From the NCBI GenBank assembly GCA_038087875.1, contig JAXLNO010000192.1, positions 1-46,891 of the forward strand: DNA of 46,891 bases, written 5' to 3'. How positions within the stretch are numbered: the stretch's first letter is position 1; each line of letters begins with the position of its first letter. The DNA is from Malacoraja senta (lineage: Eukaryota). Below, in pieces: positions 33,878 to 45,332 of the stretch. Under the pieces are notes generated by a model. That model searched no databases. It saw nothing but the letters and a program-made list of their open reading frames with translations, and had not been told where the DNA came from. The position numbers and the translations under genes were made by a program.

Positions 33878-34620
33878 AGCCTGATAACAGGCGGGAAGAA
33901 GCTGTTCCTGAGTCTGGTGGTGCGCGCTTTCAAGCTTCTGTACCTTGTGTTGGCTGAGGAGGGAGGACCAGGGCGGGACGTCTTAGATTATGTTGGTTCC
34001 AAAGCCGCGTGAAGTGTAGATGGAGTCAATGGTGGGGAGTGTGGTCTGTGTGATGGACTGGGCTCCATCTACAATGGTGGGGAGTGTGGTCTGTGTGATG
34101 GACTGAGCTCCATCTATAATGGTGGGGAGTGTGGTCTGTGATGGATTGGGCTCCATCTACAATGGTGGGGAGTGTGGTCTGTGTGGCGGACTGGGCTCCA
34201 TCTACAATGGTGGGGAGTGTGGTGTGTGTGATGGACTGGGCCACATCTACAATGGTGGGGAGTGTGGTGTGTGTGATGGACTGGGCTCCATCTACAATGG
34301 TGGGGAGTGTGGTCTGTGTGATGGATTGGGCTCCATCTACAATGGTGGGGAGTGTGGTGTGTGTGGGACTGGGCTCCATCTACAATGGTGGGGAGTGTGG
34401 TCTGTGTGGGACTGGGCTCCATCTACAATGGTGGGGAGTCTGGTCTGTGATGGACTGGGCTCCATCTACAATGGTGGGGAGTGTGGTGTGTGTGGGATTG
34501 GGCTCCATCTACAATGGTGGGGAGTCTGGTCTGTGATGGACTGAGCTCCATCTACAGTCTACATTGCCGTCTAGGGCAGAGGTGTTGCCCCACACCAGGC
34601 CGTGGTGCAACTTGACAGTT
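33878..34620 (-). mobile_element. Rex1/Babar fragment containing an internal 45-bp expansion
   Basis: 33878-34030 is antisense to YRSLKARTTRLRNSFFPPVIRL; 34560-34620 is antisense to LSSCTTAWCG; colinear with 31010-31290. Confidence 0.75.
34028..34556. repeat. 45-bp minisatellite (about 12 copies)
   Basis: aatggtggggagtgtggtctgtgtgatggactgggctccatctac repeated. Confidence 0.95.
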
Positions 34621-35036
34621 TACATTCACGGCAGAAAACAGATTTATTCACTTGGCCTCCTCAAATGAGATTTGCGTTTTAATGATGTTTGCTGTAATAG
34701 ATAATTGCATTTCAGGCATGTCTATGACTCTCCCATTTGCAATTAATATCTTTCTCTGATACAAACAAGTTCCACAATGACATCGTTGTAAAACCACTAA
34801 AGATTTTATTATAGCTCGGAGCATTCCATTTGTATAATTGAAGTGCAGAGCTGATACAATCTCCAGTGCAGAGATGGTTCACATGGAAACCACTTTATTT
34901 CACGCAGATACTAAATGCTATTCATATTGCCGTACCACAGAGAACGTCCACGGGCAGCCTGACCGAGATGAGACTCTCACTGTTGCTGGATTCATCAGCA
35001 GGAACCTTGGGCACCAGACACATAGTCTGCTGTTGT

Positions 35037-36663
35037 AGAGTGAGTGAGGGGTGACAGAGAGAGTGAGGGGCAACAGAGAGAGTGAGGGGTGACAGAGAGA
35101 GTGAGGGGTAATACAGAGAGAGTGAGGGGTGACAGAGAGAGAGAGCGCGGGGTAACAGAGAGTGTGAGGGGCAACAGAGAGAGTGAGGGGTGACAGAGAG
35201 AGAGGGAGGGGTGACAGAGAGAGAGTGAGGGGTGACAGAGAGAGTGAGGGGTAATACAGAGAGAGTGAGGGGTGACAGAGAGAGTGAGGGGTGACAGAGA
35301 GAGAGTGAGGGGTGACAGAGAGAGTGAGGGGTGACAGAGAGAGTGAGGGGTAATACAGAGAGAGTGAGGGGTGAGAGAGAGTGAGGGGTAATACAGAGAG
35401 ATTGCGGGGTAACAGAGGGAGTGCGGGGTAACAGAGAGAGTGAGGGGTAATACAGAGAGAGTGAGGGGTGACAGAGAGAGAGTGAGGGGTGACAGAGAGA
35501 GTGAGGGGTGACAGAGAGAGTGAGGGGTGACAGAGAGAGTGAGGGGTGACAGAGAGAGAGAGTGCGGGGTAACAGAGAGAGTGAGGGGTGACAGAGAGAG
35601 TGAGGGGTAACAGAGAGAGTGAGGGGTGACAGAGAGAGAGAGCGCGGGGTAACAGAGAGAGTGAGGGGTGACAGAGAGAGTGAGGGGTAACAGAGAGAGT
35701 GAGGGGTGACACAGAGAGTGAGGGGTGACAGAGAGAGTGAGGGGTGACACAGAGAGTGAGGGGTGACAGAGAGAGTGAGGGGTGACACAGAGAGTGAGGG
35801 GTGACAGAGAGAGTGAGGGGTGACAGAGAGAGTGAGGGGTGACAGAGAGAGTGAGGGGTGACAGAGAGAGTGAGGGGTAACAGAGAGAGTGAGGGGTGAC
35901 AGAGAGAGAGAGCGCGGGGTAACAGAGAGAGTGAGGGGTGACAGAGAGAGTGAGGGGTAACAGAGAGAGTGAGGGGTGACACAGAGAGTGAGGGGTGACA
36001 GAGAGAGTGAGGGGTGACAGAGAGAGTGAGGGGTGACACAGAGAGTGAGGGGTGACAGAGAGAGTGAGGGGTGACACAGAGAGTGAGGGGTGACAGAGAG
36101 AGTGAGGGGTGACAGAGAGAGTGAGGGGTGACAGAGAGAGTGAGGGGTGACAGAGAGAGTGAGGGGTAACAGAGAGAGTGAGGGGTGACAGAGAGAGAGA
36201 GTGAGGGGTAACAGAGATAGAGTGAGGGGTGACAGAGAGAGAGAGTGAGGGGTAACAGAGAGAGAGAGCGCGGGGTAACAGAGAGAGTGCGGGGTGACAG
36301 AGAGAGTGAGGGGTGACAGAGAGAGTGAGGGGTGACAGAGGGAGTGAGGGGTGACAGAGGGAGTGAGGGGTGACAGAGAGAGAGAGTGAGGGGTAACAGA
36401 GAGGGAGGGGTTAGAGAGATAGAGTGCGGGGTAACAGAGAGAGTGCGGGGTAACAGAGAGAGTGAGGGGTGACAGAGAGAGTGAGGGGTGACAGAGAGAG
36501 TGAGGGGTGACAGAGAGAGTGAGGGGTGACAGAGGGAGTGAGGGGTGACAGAGGGAGTGAGGGGTAACAGAGAGAGTGAGGGGTGACAGAGAGAGTGAGG
36601 GGTGACAGAGAGGGAGGGGTTAGAGAGATAGAGTGCGGGGTAACAGAGAGAGAGTGAGGGGTA
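35037..36663. repeat. About 20-bp purine-rich minisatellite (gagtgaggggtgacagaga[ga]), about 1.6 kb
   Basis: Direct tandem repeats with variable GA number. Confidence 0.95.
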
Positions 36664-36717
36664 ATGGTGACGGCGCAGGTTAGATGTAGATGTCTGGAAA
36701 TTGGATGAAATAACTGT

Positions 36718-37010
36718 GCGGCACGGTGGGGCAGCGGTAGAGTTGCTGCCTCACAGCGGCAGAGACCCGGGTTCGATCCAGACCACGGGTGCTGTCTGTA
36801 CCGAGTTTGTACCTTCTCCCCGTGACCTGCGTGTGGTTTCTCCGACATCTTCGGTTTCCTCCCGCACTCCAAAGACGTGCATGTTTGCAGGTTAATTGGC
36901 CTGGTATAAATGTGAATTGTCCCTAGTGTGTGTGGGATCGTTCTAGTGCACGGGGATCGCTGGTCGGTGCAGACTCGGTGTTTCTGCGCTGTATCTCTCA
37001 ACTAAACTAA
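36718..37010 (+). mobile_element. HE1-like V-SINE
   Basis: Head ggtggggcagcgg, B-box gggttcgatcc, V-domain, tail ctcaactaaactaa. Confidence 0.88.
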
Positions 37011-37119
37011 GGTGATAAGGAAGGACACAAAGTGCTGGAGTAACCCAGTGGATCAGGCAGCATCCCTGCTCTCCACAGATGACCCCTCACCCACTGAGTT
37101 ACTCCACCACTTTGTGTCT

Positions 37120-37505
37120 CAGTTTACTTTAGAGATACAGCATGGAAACAGGCCCTTCGGCCCACCAAGTCCACTCCGACCAGCGATCCCTGCATACTAG
37201 CACTAACCTGCACACCCACACCAGGGACAATTTACAATCTTTACCAAAACCCATTAACCTACAAACCTGCACGTCTTTGGAATGTGGGAGGAAACCATGC
37301 GGTCACAGGGAGAATATATCTGTACACTGTAAATGGCTCGATTGTAATCATGTATTGTCTTTCAGTTGACTGGTTCGGGCTTTTCACTGTACCTCGCTAC
37401 ACGTGACGATAAACTACACTAAAACTCACAAACTCCGTACAGACAGCAGACGTACTCAGGATCAAACCCGGGTCCCTGGCGCTGTAAGGCAGCAGCTCTA
37501 CTGCT
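37120..37505 (-). mobile_element. HE1-like SINE pieces interrupted by a Rex1 3'UTR fragment (about 37315-37420, +)
   Basis: ttagagatacagcatggaaacagg...ggtcacagggagaa | Rex1 UTR | caaactccgtacagacagc...ggcagcagctctac. Confidence 0.7.
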
Positions 37506-38264
37506 ATCCTTTTGTGTAAACCAGCATCAGTGGCTGGTGGCTGGAGCTGATGAGGTGTGGGAAGGGATGTGAGCCGCTGTAGGCTTGGGCTTGGACTGGC
37601 TGGGTCAGCATGTTCTTGCTCCATGAACCTCACCTGCCCATCCCACCTGCCCGTCTCACCTCTATCACCTGGTTACCTCTTCTCTTCACCCTCCGCTCCA
37701 GTGCAGGACGTCCACAAATGCTGCTTGACCTCCACAAATGCTGCTTGACCTCCACAAATGCTGCTTGACCCACTCAGCTCCTCCAACAGGCTGCACTTGG
37801 TCACCATTTGGCAAGTAGCCAGATGGGAAGCCAGGAATGTACACTGTTGAACTCAGCACACCGAGATGTCCACATCCCTCATCACACTGCCTTGTCAGAC
37901 ACTGCCGGCCACACAAAGATCGAGCCGAGTTTCTCTTTCAGTTCTAAACCTGGTGAAGCAGCTTGATCCACTCTCCACGTTGGACTGACAAAACCAGTGT
38001 TGAAAACTAGAGCAAGGGTTTAATATGCACCACACCTCCACTCTACACACAGCCCTGAAGAAAGGGTTAATAAGGAGCAGCCTGTGTAGTTTAAAGTTAT
38101 GATCTAGAAATTGTCCAGACTTAATCAGAGAGAAAAGTTGACTTGGAGAATACAAGTTGCTGAGAAACATCATGAAAACAATCCGATTCCTAAAACTTCA
38201 AACACTTATTTAAAATAAAACAATCTCCCAATGTATACTAGGAAGAACACAAGTAAAAGTCACT

Positions 38265-38550
38265 TGACCAGGTACATGGACTGGAGAGGGTTAGAGGTTA
38301 TGGGATAGATGTGGGCAAATTGTATTAGTACGGGTGTCAGGGGTTACGGGGAGAAGGCAGGAGAATGGGGATGCGAGGGAGAGATTGATCAGCCATGATT
38401 GAATGGAGGGGTAGACTAGATGGGCCGAATGGCCTAATTCTGGTCCTAGGACCTATGGACTTATGGAATGGGCCTAGCTTAGATGGGACATCTGGATCAG
38501 CATGGATGCATTGGGCCGAAGGGCCTATTTCTGTCGTGTGCAACTCTGTG
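38265..38550 (+). mobile_element. LINE tail with nested CR1 tail (38323-38445)
   Basis: caggtacatggac...; ggttacggggagaaggcagg...ggcctaattc; ...gggccgaagggcctatttc. Confidence 0.65.
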
Positions 38551-39130
38551 ACGTTAATGAGGGAAACAGGAGCATCGTTAGTTAATTGGATGCAAATGGT
38601 CTTGGTTCATATTTCTACTAACAGGCCTGTAACCTTGCTAGTTATGATCTCTTTACTCCTTTCAGGAGCAGTCATACAAAACGGAAACAGGCCCTTCGGC
38701 CCACCTTGTCTGTGCAGACCAAGTTGGCAAACTGGTCTATTTCCAATTGCTTGCATTTGGCCATAATCCCACTATCCTATCCATATATCAGTCCTGAAAT
38801 CTTTTAAAAATCTGGCTGTTTCAGGTTCCCCGCTTCATCTGTCCTGAAGTCACTCCGTAGTAGACACAGATTCTGAGTAAACTGCAGGAGATCATTATAG
38901 AGTAAGGAGGAGTTCAATATTCCACAGCTACTAAAGTTAGAATATTAAGTTTTAAAGGATATTATTACCATACATCTCAAGATCATTCAGTATTGTGGGA
39001 GCATCTTGTAAATTATCGATCACCGCGGCAGGAACGGGCGGCCACATCGTACCCTGAACCCAACAGGATCTCGGTCGAACTCACAGAAGGAACAGCAGAC
39101 CTCAGCTGCCCCACACGCACCAAGCCAGCT

Positions 39131-39577
39131 GCGGTGAGCTGGGCTGGAGACCGGTGCCGGTGCCGGCTGCGGTGAGTTGGGCTGCAGACCTGTGCTGGCA
39201 CCAAGCGGTGAGCTGGGCTGCAGACCTGTGCTGGCACCAAGCGGTGAGCTGGGCAAGAGACCGGTGCCGGCTGCGGTGAGCTGGGCTGGAGACCAGTGCT
39301 GGCACCAGGCGGTGAGCTGGGCTGCAGACCTGTGCTGGCACCAGGCGGTGAGCTGGGCAAGAGACCGGTGCCGGCTGCGGTGAGCTGGGCTGGAGACCGG
39401 TGCTGGCACCAATCGGTGAGCTGGGCTGCAGACCTGTGCTGGCACCAAGCGGTGAGCTGGGCAAGAGACCGGTGCCGGCACCAATCGGTGAGCTGGGCTG
39501 GAGACCGGTGCCTGCACCAAGCGGTGAACTGGGCTGGAGACCGGTGCCGGCACCAAGCGGTGAGCTGGGCTGGAGAC
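39131..39577. repeat. GC-rich 32-38-bp minisatellite, 13 units
   Basis: gcggtgagctgggc(tgga/tgca/aaga)gacc.gtgc.ggc(accaa) repeated. Confidence 0.92.
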
Positions 39578-40511
39578 TGACCGCTCAGAGACTGTGCTGG
39601 AAGTTCAAGGGCATTTCATGGAAACTTTCCAACCAGCAAGGCCTCCAACCCCCAGTGTAAACAGTAGAGTTTAAAACGCAATAACAAATCCAATCTAGAC
39701 TAATAAATGCAGGTTGGCTGCACCCAAACCGTATCCAATGACTTGGCTCCGCAGAGTTGAGCAATGCTTGTCTTTTCCAAGCCACAAATGTGTTTGCTCT
39801 TATTCCAGAGCCTGATTTAAATACTTGGCATTCTTTTCCCTCACTGCCAACGTACAGGAAATATCTGTCCGAACCAGAAGCCAGAACATCCCCAGGCGAT
39901 CGATCGATCGATGTGTGTTTCACAATCTGCATTGCTGGGATCACACCTTCATTCAAAGCTCGAGCTCCAACCCATCCCCTCCTGGGTGGCACAGTAGCAC
40001 AGACACAATGGCTCGCTGCCTCCGAGTGCCACAGACCCACCCTGGGTCACACCCACATGGAGGGTGCACATTCTCCCTTTTTTTCTTCATAAAACATACA
40101 GAGTATTAACACATCCAAGGCATCCTATATTGGCAGTTTACAAACTAACGGTCATCAGATTCATATATCACTATCAATATTAACACTCGACCTCCCGCCG
40201 CGACCAGCGTTGACAGAAGGCCACCAGAGTCCCCATGGACACAGTGTATTGCCCTCTCCAGAGACACGCAGGCAGGACTTGGCCCGGTAAAGGGGCAGGC
40301 AGCCGACCTCACTGTGACCGTCGACTACCCGCTGCCTGGGCCCACGAATGGCCATCTTGGCCGGAACGTTCTCCCTGGGAATGTGTGCATTCCTCAAGTT
40401 TCCTCCCACATCCCAAATATCTGCAGGTGGGTCTGTTAATTGCCCCCCGGTGTGGGAGATTCTGTGGGGAGCTGATGGGAATGTGCGGGAAAGCTGGGGA
40501 GAATTGTAGAG

Positions 40512-40895
40512 TAGAAACAAGGAATTGCAGATGCCGGTTTACAAAAAAAAGGCACAGAGTGCTGGAGTAACTCAGCGGGTCAGGCAGCATCTGTGGAGAA
40601 CATGGATAGGTGACGTTTCACAGAGTGCTGGAGTAACTCAGCGGGTCAGGCAGCATCTGTGGAGAACATGGATAGGTGACGTTTCACAGAGTGCTGGAGT
40701 AACTCAGTGGGTCAGGCAGCATCTGTGGAGAACATGGATAGGTGACGTTTCACAGAGTGCTGGAGTAACTCAGCGGGTCAGGCAGCATCTGTGGAGAACA
40801 TGGATAGGTGACGTTTCACAGAGTGCTGGAGTAACTCAGCGGGTCAGGCAGCATCTGTGGTGAACATGGATAGGTGACGTTTTGGGTCGGGACTG
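40512..40895 (-). repeat. PLE-derived 66-bp array (5 units)
   Basis: Near-perfect repeats, seen as a 22-aa periodic ORF (QSAGVTQRVRQHLWRTWIGDVS). Confidence 0.9.
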
Positions 40896-41034
40896 GGAAG
40901 AAGTCTCCCTTTCCTGTGGCACATTGTATTGGGAGGAGAGCAGGTGGTCAGGGTGACTGGACCATGGTGGTCGGGTGGACTCAGTGGTCAGTCTCCAGGC
41001 GAAACTCTTTCTGACTCTGAAATGAACACGTTAA

Positions 41035-41336
41035 AGACACGCTCACATGCGTGAGCACAGATACACATACACACATGCGCACACAGATACACATACACAC
41101 ATGCGTACACAGGTACATATACACACACGCAGATACACACACACACAGCGACACATACGCACACATATATACACACACGAACGCATACACACAAATGCGA
41201 ACACACACATGCGAGCTCACAGACACACACACGCATATATACACACACACAGGCACACACACGCAAGCACACACAGGCACACACACGCAAGCACACACAG
41301 GCACACGTGCGCGCACACACAGAGACATACACACAT
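41035..41336. repeat. Degenerate (CA)n microsatellite
   Basis: Direct repeats. Confidence 0.9.
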
Positions 41337-41865
41337 GATTGAAGCCACCCCCATGCGTTGCAAGTCGCTGCCTTGGACCACTCACTGTATCCAGACTCAT
41401 CTCCCTACATTAAGCAGGCATCTACATTGAGCTCAGACAGAGCAGGTGGTCAGGTAGCAGCCAGCAACGTCGCAAGCCGGGGGGAGAGAGAGAGGGGGGT
41501 GGGCAGGAGGGTTTAAAGAAGATACCCTGTTGATGTAGTTCCAGCACGATCCAATCAAGGGGAAAGGTGCACACTGGTTAAAGTTGTTGCAAGAAGACAT
41601 TCCAAAGTTGTTTGGAAAAGAGTAACTGTTAGTATTATTAAAGACGAGGCGACCTGGTTCATGTACCAAGTGCCGGGGGGAACGCAATGGACAATGTTTC
41701 ATGTCGGGACCCTCCAGACTGATGAAGGGTCCCGATCTGGAATGTCCATTGCCTCCACAGATGCTGCCTGACCCATTGAGTTCCTCCGGCATTTTGTGTT
41801 TAACTCAACATTTCAGCATCTGCATCTTTTTGTGCCTCTGGTTTATGTACAGATGAGTAAAGAAC

Positions 41866-42158
41866 AGTTGCTGCCTTACAGCACTTACAGCACAGACATC
41901 CGGGTTCGATCCCGACTACAGGTGCTGTCTGTACGGAGTTTGTACGTTCTCCCTGTGGCCTGCGTGGATTTTCTGCGAGATCTTCAGTTTCCTCCCACAC
42001 TACAAAGACACGCAGGTTTGTAGGTTAATTGGCCTGGTACAAGTGTAATATTGTCCCTGGTGTGTGTGGGTTAGTGTCAGTGTGCGGGGATCACTGGTCA
42101 ACGCGGACTCAGTGGGCCGAAGGGCCTGTTTCTGCGCTGTATCTCTCAACTAAACTAA
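41866..42158 (+). mobile_element. HE1-like V-SINE (5' end clipped)
   Basis: B-box gggttcgatccc, V-domain, tail ctcaactaaactaa. Confidence 0.85.
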
Positions 42159-42496
42159 TTGGATAGGGAGGTTTAACAAGATTCTACATCTGAAGACGAG
42201 GTGTTAATCAGTCTGTTCTTGAATCATTGGGGGATTAGGTAAACAAAATAAACAACTGATAATAAATATTTAATATTCATTGAATTTATTTTCTATTTTT
42301 TGAACAAATTGTAATCTTTCTCCAGAATTCCAGCCGATAAAAATCATGCCTAGAATTATAAACAAATTCCATAAACCCTCAATTCACACAAATTGATTAT
42401 TTCTCACAAAAGGCATCGAATTATTCCCTGAATTAACATTCAGAGTGAGCGGCTAGGGCAGGGCTGTCAATCTTTCATTGAGAGAGACGGTGGTTG

Positions 42497-43092
42497 CCGT
42501 CCCACATGCACTCCGTGTACTCGATAAACCCGTCCCGTCCCACACGCACGCCGTGTACTCGATAAACCCGTCCCGTCCCACACGCACTCCGTGTACTCGA
42601 TAAACCCGTCCCGTCCCACATGCACTCCGTGTACTCGATAAACCCGTCCCGTCCCACACGCACGCCGTGTACTCGATAAACCCGTCCCGTCCCACACGCA
42701 CGCCGTGTACTCGATAAACCCGTCCCGTCCCACACGCACTCCGTGTACTCGATAAACCCGTCCCGTCCCACACGCACTCCGTGTACTCGATAAACCCGTC
42801 CCGTCCCACACGCACTCCGTGTACTCGATAAACCCGTCCCGTCCCACACGCACTCCGTGTACTCGATAAACCCGTCCCGTCCCGTCCCACACGCACGCCG
42901 TGTACTCGATAAACCCGTCCCGTCCCACACGCACTCCGTGTACTCGATAAACCCGTCCCGTCCCACACGCACTCCATGTACTCGATAAACCCGTCCCGTC
43001 CCGTCCCACACGCACGCCGTGTACTCGATAAACCCGTCCCGTCCCGTCCCACACGCACGCCGTGCAGCGGCTACCCGTCCCGTCCCACACAC
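42497..43092. repeat. CpG-rich 38-bp minisatellite (about 15 copies)
   Basis: gtcccacacgcac(t/g)ccgtgtactcgataaacccgtccc repeated; some units carry an extra ccgtc. Confidence 0.95.
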
Positions 43093-43584
43093 ACACTGTC
43101 CACATCCTAATTAATTCCAAGATGCAAGGCATGTGGTAATTAAAGGTGAATGAATGATTCTGGGACAACCCCTGCAATCTGCTGCCTCTGGTACACTCGA
43201 GAGGATTCCAGTTGTGAAAAAGAACAAAGAGCCTGTGATTATTATAGTGCAGCTGAACAAGGTTGGCTCCTCCCAGACTAATGGGAAACAGGAGCCAGTC
43301 AAATGATTTTACATGAAAAGCTGAAATTATTGTCAAGAAATCAAATGTAATTGGTAAACACAGTGGGAGTGGCAGAGAAAGAGAGTCTGTGAACACTCGC
43401 GCCAAGATAATTAAATGCCCAAATTCAGTCCAATGAATATTCAGCAATATACAAGATTTATTCCTGGTGGAATTGAGGCCACACTTGAGCCCATTTCAAT
43501 ACGTCATTGCTGCTCTCCTGTGAGAAATTCTGTGAGAATGAACCTTTGTGTTAAAAAGACATCATGTGCTCCAATAAACCCAGG

Positions 43585-43970
43585 GGGTCAGGCAGCATCT
43601 GTGGAGAACATGGATAGGTGACGTTTCACAGAGTGCTGGAGTAACTCAGCGGGTCAGGCAGCATCTGTGGAGCGAAGGAAATGGGCAACCTTTCGGGCCG
43701 AAACCCTGAAGGAAATAGGCAACGTTTCGGGCCGAAACCCGGAAGGGTTTCGGGCCGAAACGTTGCCTATTTCCTTCGCTCCATAGATGCTGCCGGAACA
43801 TGGATAGGTGACGTTTCACAGAGTGCTGGAGTAACTCAGCGGGTCAGGCAGCATCTGTGGAGAACATGGATAGGTGACGTTTCACAGAGTGCTGGAGTAA
43901 CTCAGCAGGTCAGGCAGCCTCTGTGGGGGAAATGGGCAGCTGATGTTTCAAATCAAGACCCTTCAACTGG
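43585..43970 (-). mobile_element. PLE-derived composite element (66-bp array with palindromic insert), reverse orientation
   Basis: About 43668-43797 is the reverse complement of the insert at 12069-12195 and 21024-21150. Confidence 0.85.
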
Positions 43971-43999
43971 ACATCTGTACATGTCCTGAAACATTGGCA

Positions 44000-44625
44000 G
44001 CGAATGAGGGGCAACTCTTTCACACAGAGGATGCGGGGTATGTGAATCTGGCTGCCAGAGGAGGTAGCTGAGGCAGGCACTAGAACAGCATTTCAAAGAC
44101 ATTTGGACAGGTTTATGGATAGGAAATGTTTAGAGCAGGGAGTCGGCAACCTACGGCCCCCGGGCCGAATGCGGCCCGTAACCCAAAATCATCCGGCCCG
44201 CTGAGCGCCCACCCCGAGCAGCAGCGGCCGGGCTCTGTCTGTACCGCATCCTGCGCAAAGCCGCTCGCACGGCCGCACACCTTGCGTAAACACGTTTAAG
44301 AAGGAACTGCAGATGCTGGAAAAATCAAAGGTAGACAAAAATGCTGGAGAAACTCAGCGGGTGAGACGTGCAAGGATTGCATGAGGCTGCCTTGCCCGCT
44401 GAGTTTTCTCCAGCATTTTTGTGTACCTTCTGTGAACACGTGATAGATGCGGCCTGCCATCCGCTCACAGACATGCGTCCCGGCCCCTACGCAGGACAAG
44501 GTTGCCCACCCGTGGTGTGGTCCGCCATCCGCTCACAGACATGAGTCCCGGCCCCTATACAGGACAAGGTTGCCCACCCCTGGTTTAGAGGGCAATGGGC
44601 CAAACATCTCGGTGGGCATGGGCGG
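44000..44625 (+). mobile_element. Degraded LINE 3' end interrupted by a hAT MITE
   Basis: ttcacacagagg...ctgccagaggaggtag...agacatttggacagg...gtttagag | ggcaatgggcc...gggctgaagg. Confidence 0.6.
44136..44582. mobile_element. hAT (Charlie-type) MITE with 8-bp TSD
   Basis: TIRs cagggagtcggcaacct / aggttgcccacccctg; TSD gtttagag at 44128-44135 and 44583-44590; subterminal ggccc...gggcc motifs. Confidence 0.85.
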
Positions 44626-44791
44626 GTTGGGCTGAAGGTTTATTTCCGGGCTGAATGACTCAATCATAGTTCCAAAGGAGAGTAAAATGAAGTTGATTCT
44701 CGAGGCTGCAAACTTTGTTGTAATGTTACTTTCTTTTAGACTTCTAGAGATACAGTGGAGGAAGATAGACAAACAGATAGAAAGGTAGCGT

Positions 44792-45070
44792 TACAGTGCC
44801 GAAACAGACCCTTTGGCTGTCCGAGTTCGTGCTGCCCACTGATCCCTGTACATCAGCAATATCATGCACACTAGGGACAATTTACCAAAGTCAATTAACC
44901 TACAAACCTGTACGTCTTTGGAGTGTGGGAGGAAACCGCAGCACCAGGAGAAAACCCACGCAGTCACAGAATGTACAAACTCCGCACAGACAGCACCCGT
45001 AGTCAGGATCGAACCCGGGTCTCTGACGCTGTGAGGCAGCAACTCTACCGCTGCGCCACCATGCTGCCCC
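44792..45070 (-). mobile_element. HE1-like V-SINE with intact pol III boxes
   Basis: Minus strand: ggtggcgcagcgg (A box), gggttcgatcc (B box), V-domain, tail. Confidence 0.88.
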
Positions 45071-45161
45071 TCATAGACCCACCATCGGCTGAGTGAGAGT
45101 CACCCCTCATAGACGGGCAGATGTGTCGGGACACGGGCAGATGTCCAGCTTGCTCCGAGAC

Positions 45162-45332
45162 AGAAACATAGAAAATAGGGGCAGGAGTAGGCTATTCGGC
45201 CCTTCGAGCCAGCACCACCATTCAATATGATCATGGCTGATCATCCAACTCAGTATCCTGTACCTGCTTTCTCCCCATATCCCCCAACTCCGTTAGCCCA
45301 AATAGCTAAATTTAACTCTCTCTTGAAAACAA
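45162..45332 (-). mobile_element. CR1 3' tail
   Basis: agaaacatagaaaatagg...cggcccttcgagcc...taactctctcttgaaaac. Confidence 0.85.

Noticed and set aside
34918..36077. Three long minus-strand ORFs (288-373 aa)
   Set aside because: They are translations of a stop-free 20-bp minisatellite, open in all three frames.
39013..39660. Overlapping Pro/Ala/Ser-rich ORFs on both strands
   Set aside because: Minisatellite-derived, with no domain signature.
42453..43447. ORFs of 201-326 aa
   Set aside because: They are products of the 38-bp tandem repeat, cycling through the same three peptides.
44990..45070. tRNA-like sequence with A and B boxes
   Set aside because: It continues directly into the V-domain and LINE-type tail, so it is a SINE head rather than a tRNA gene.
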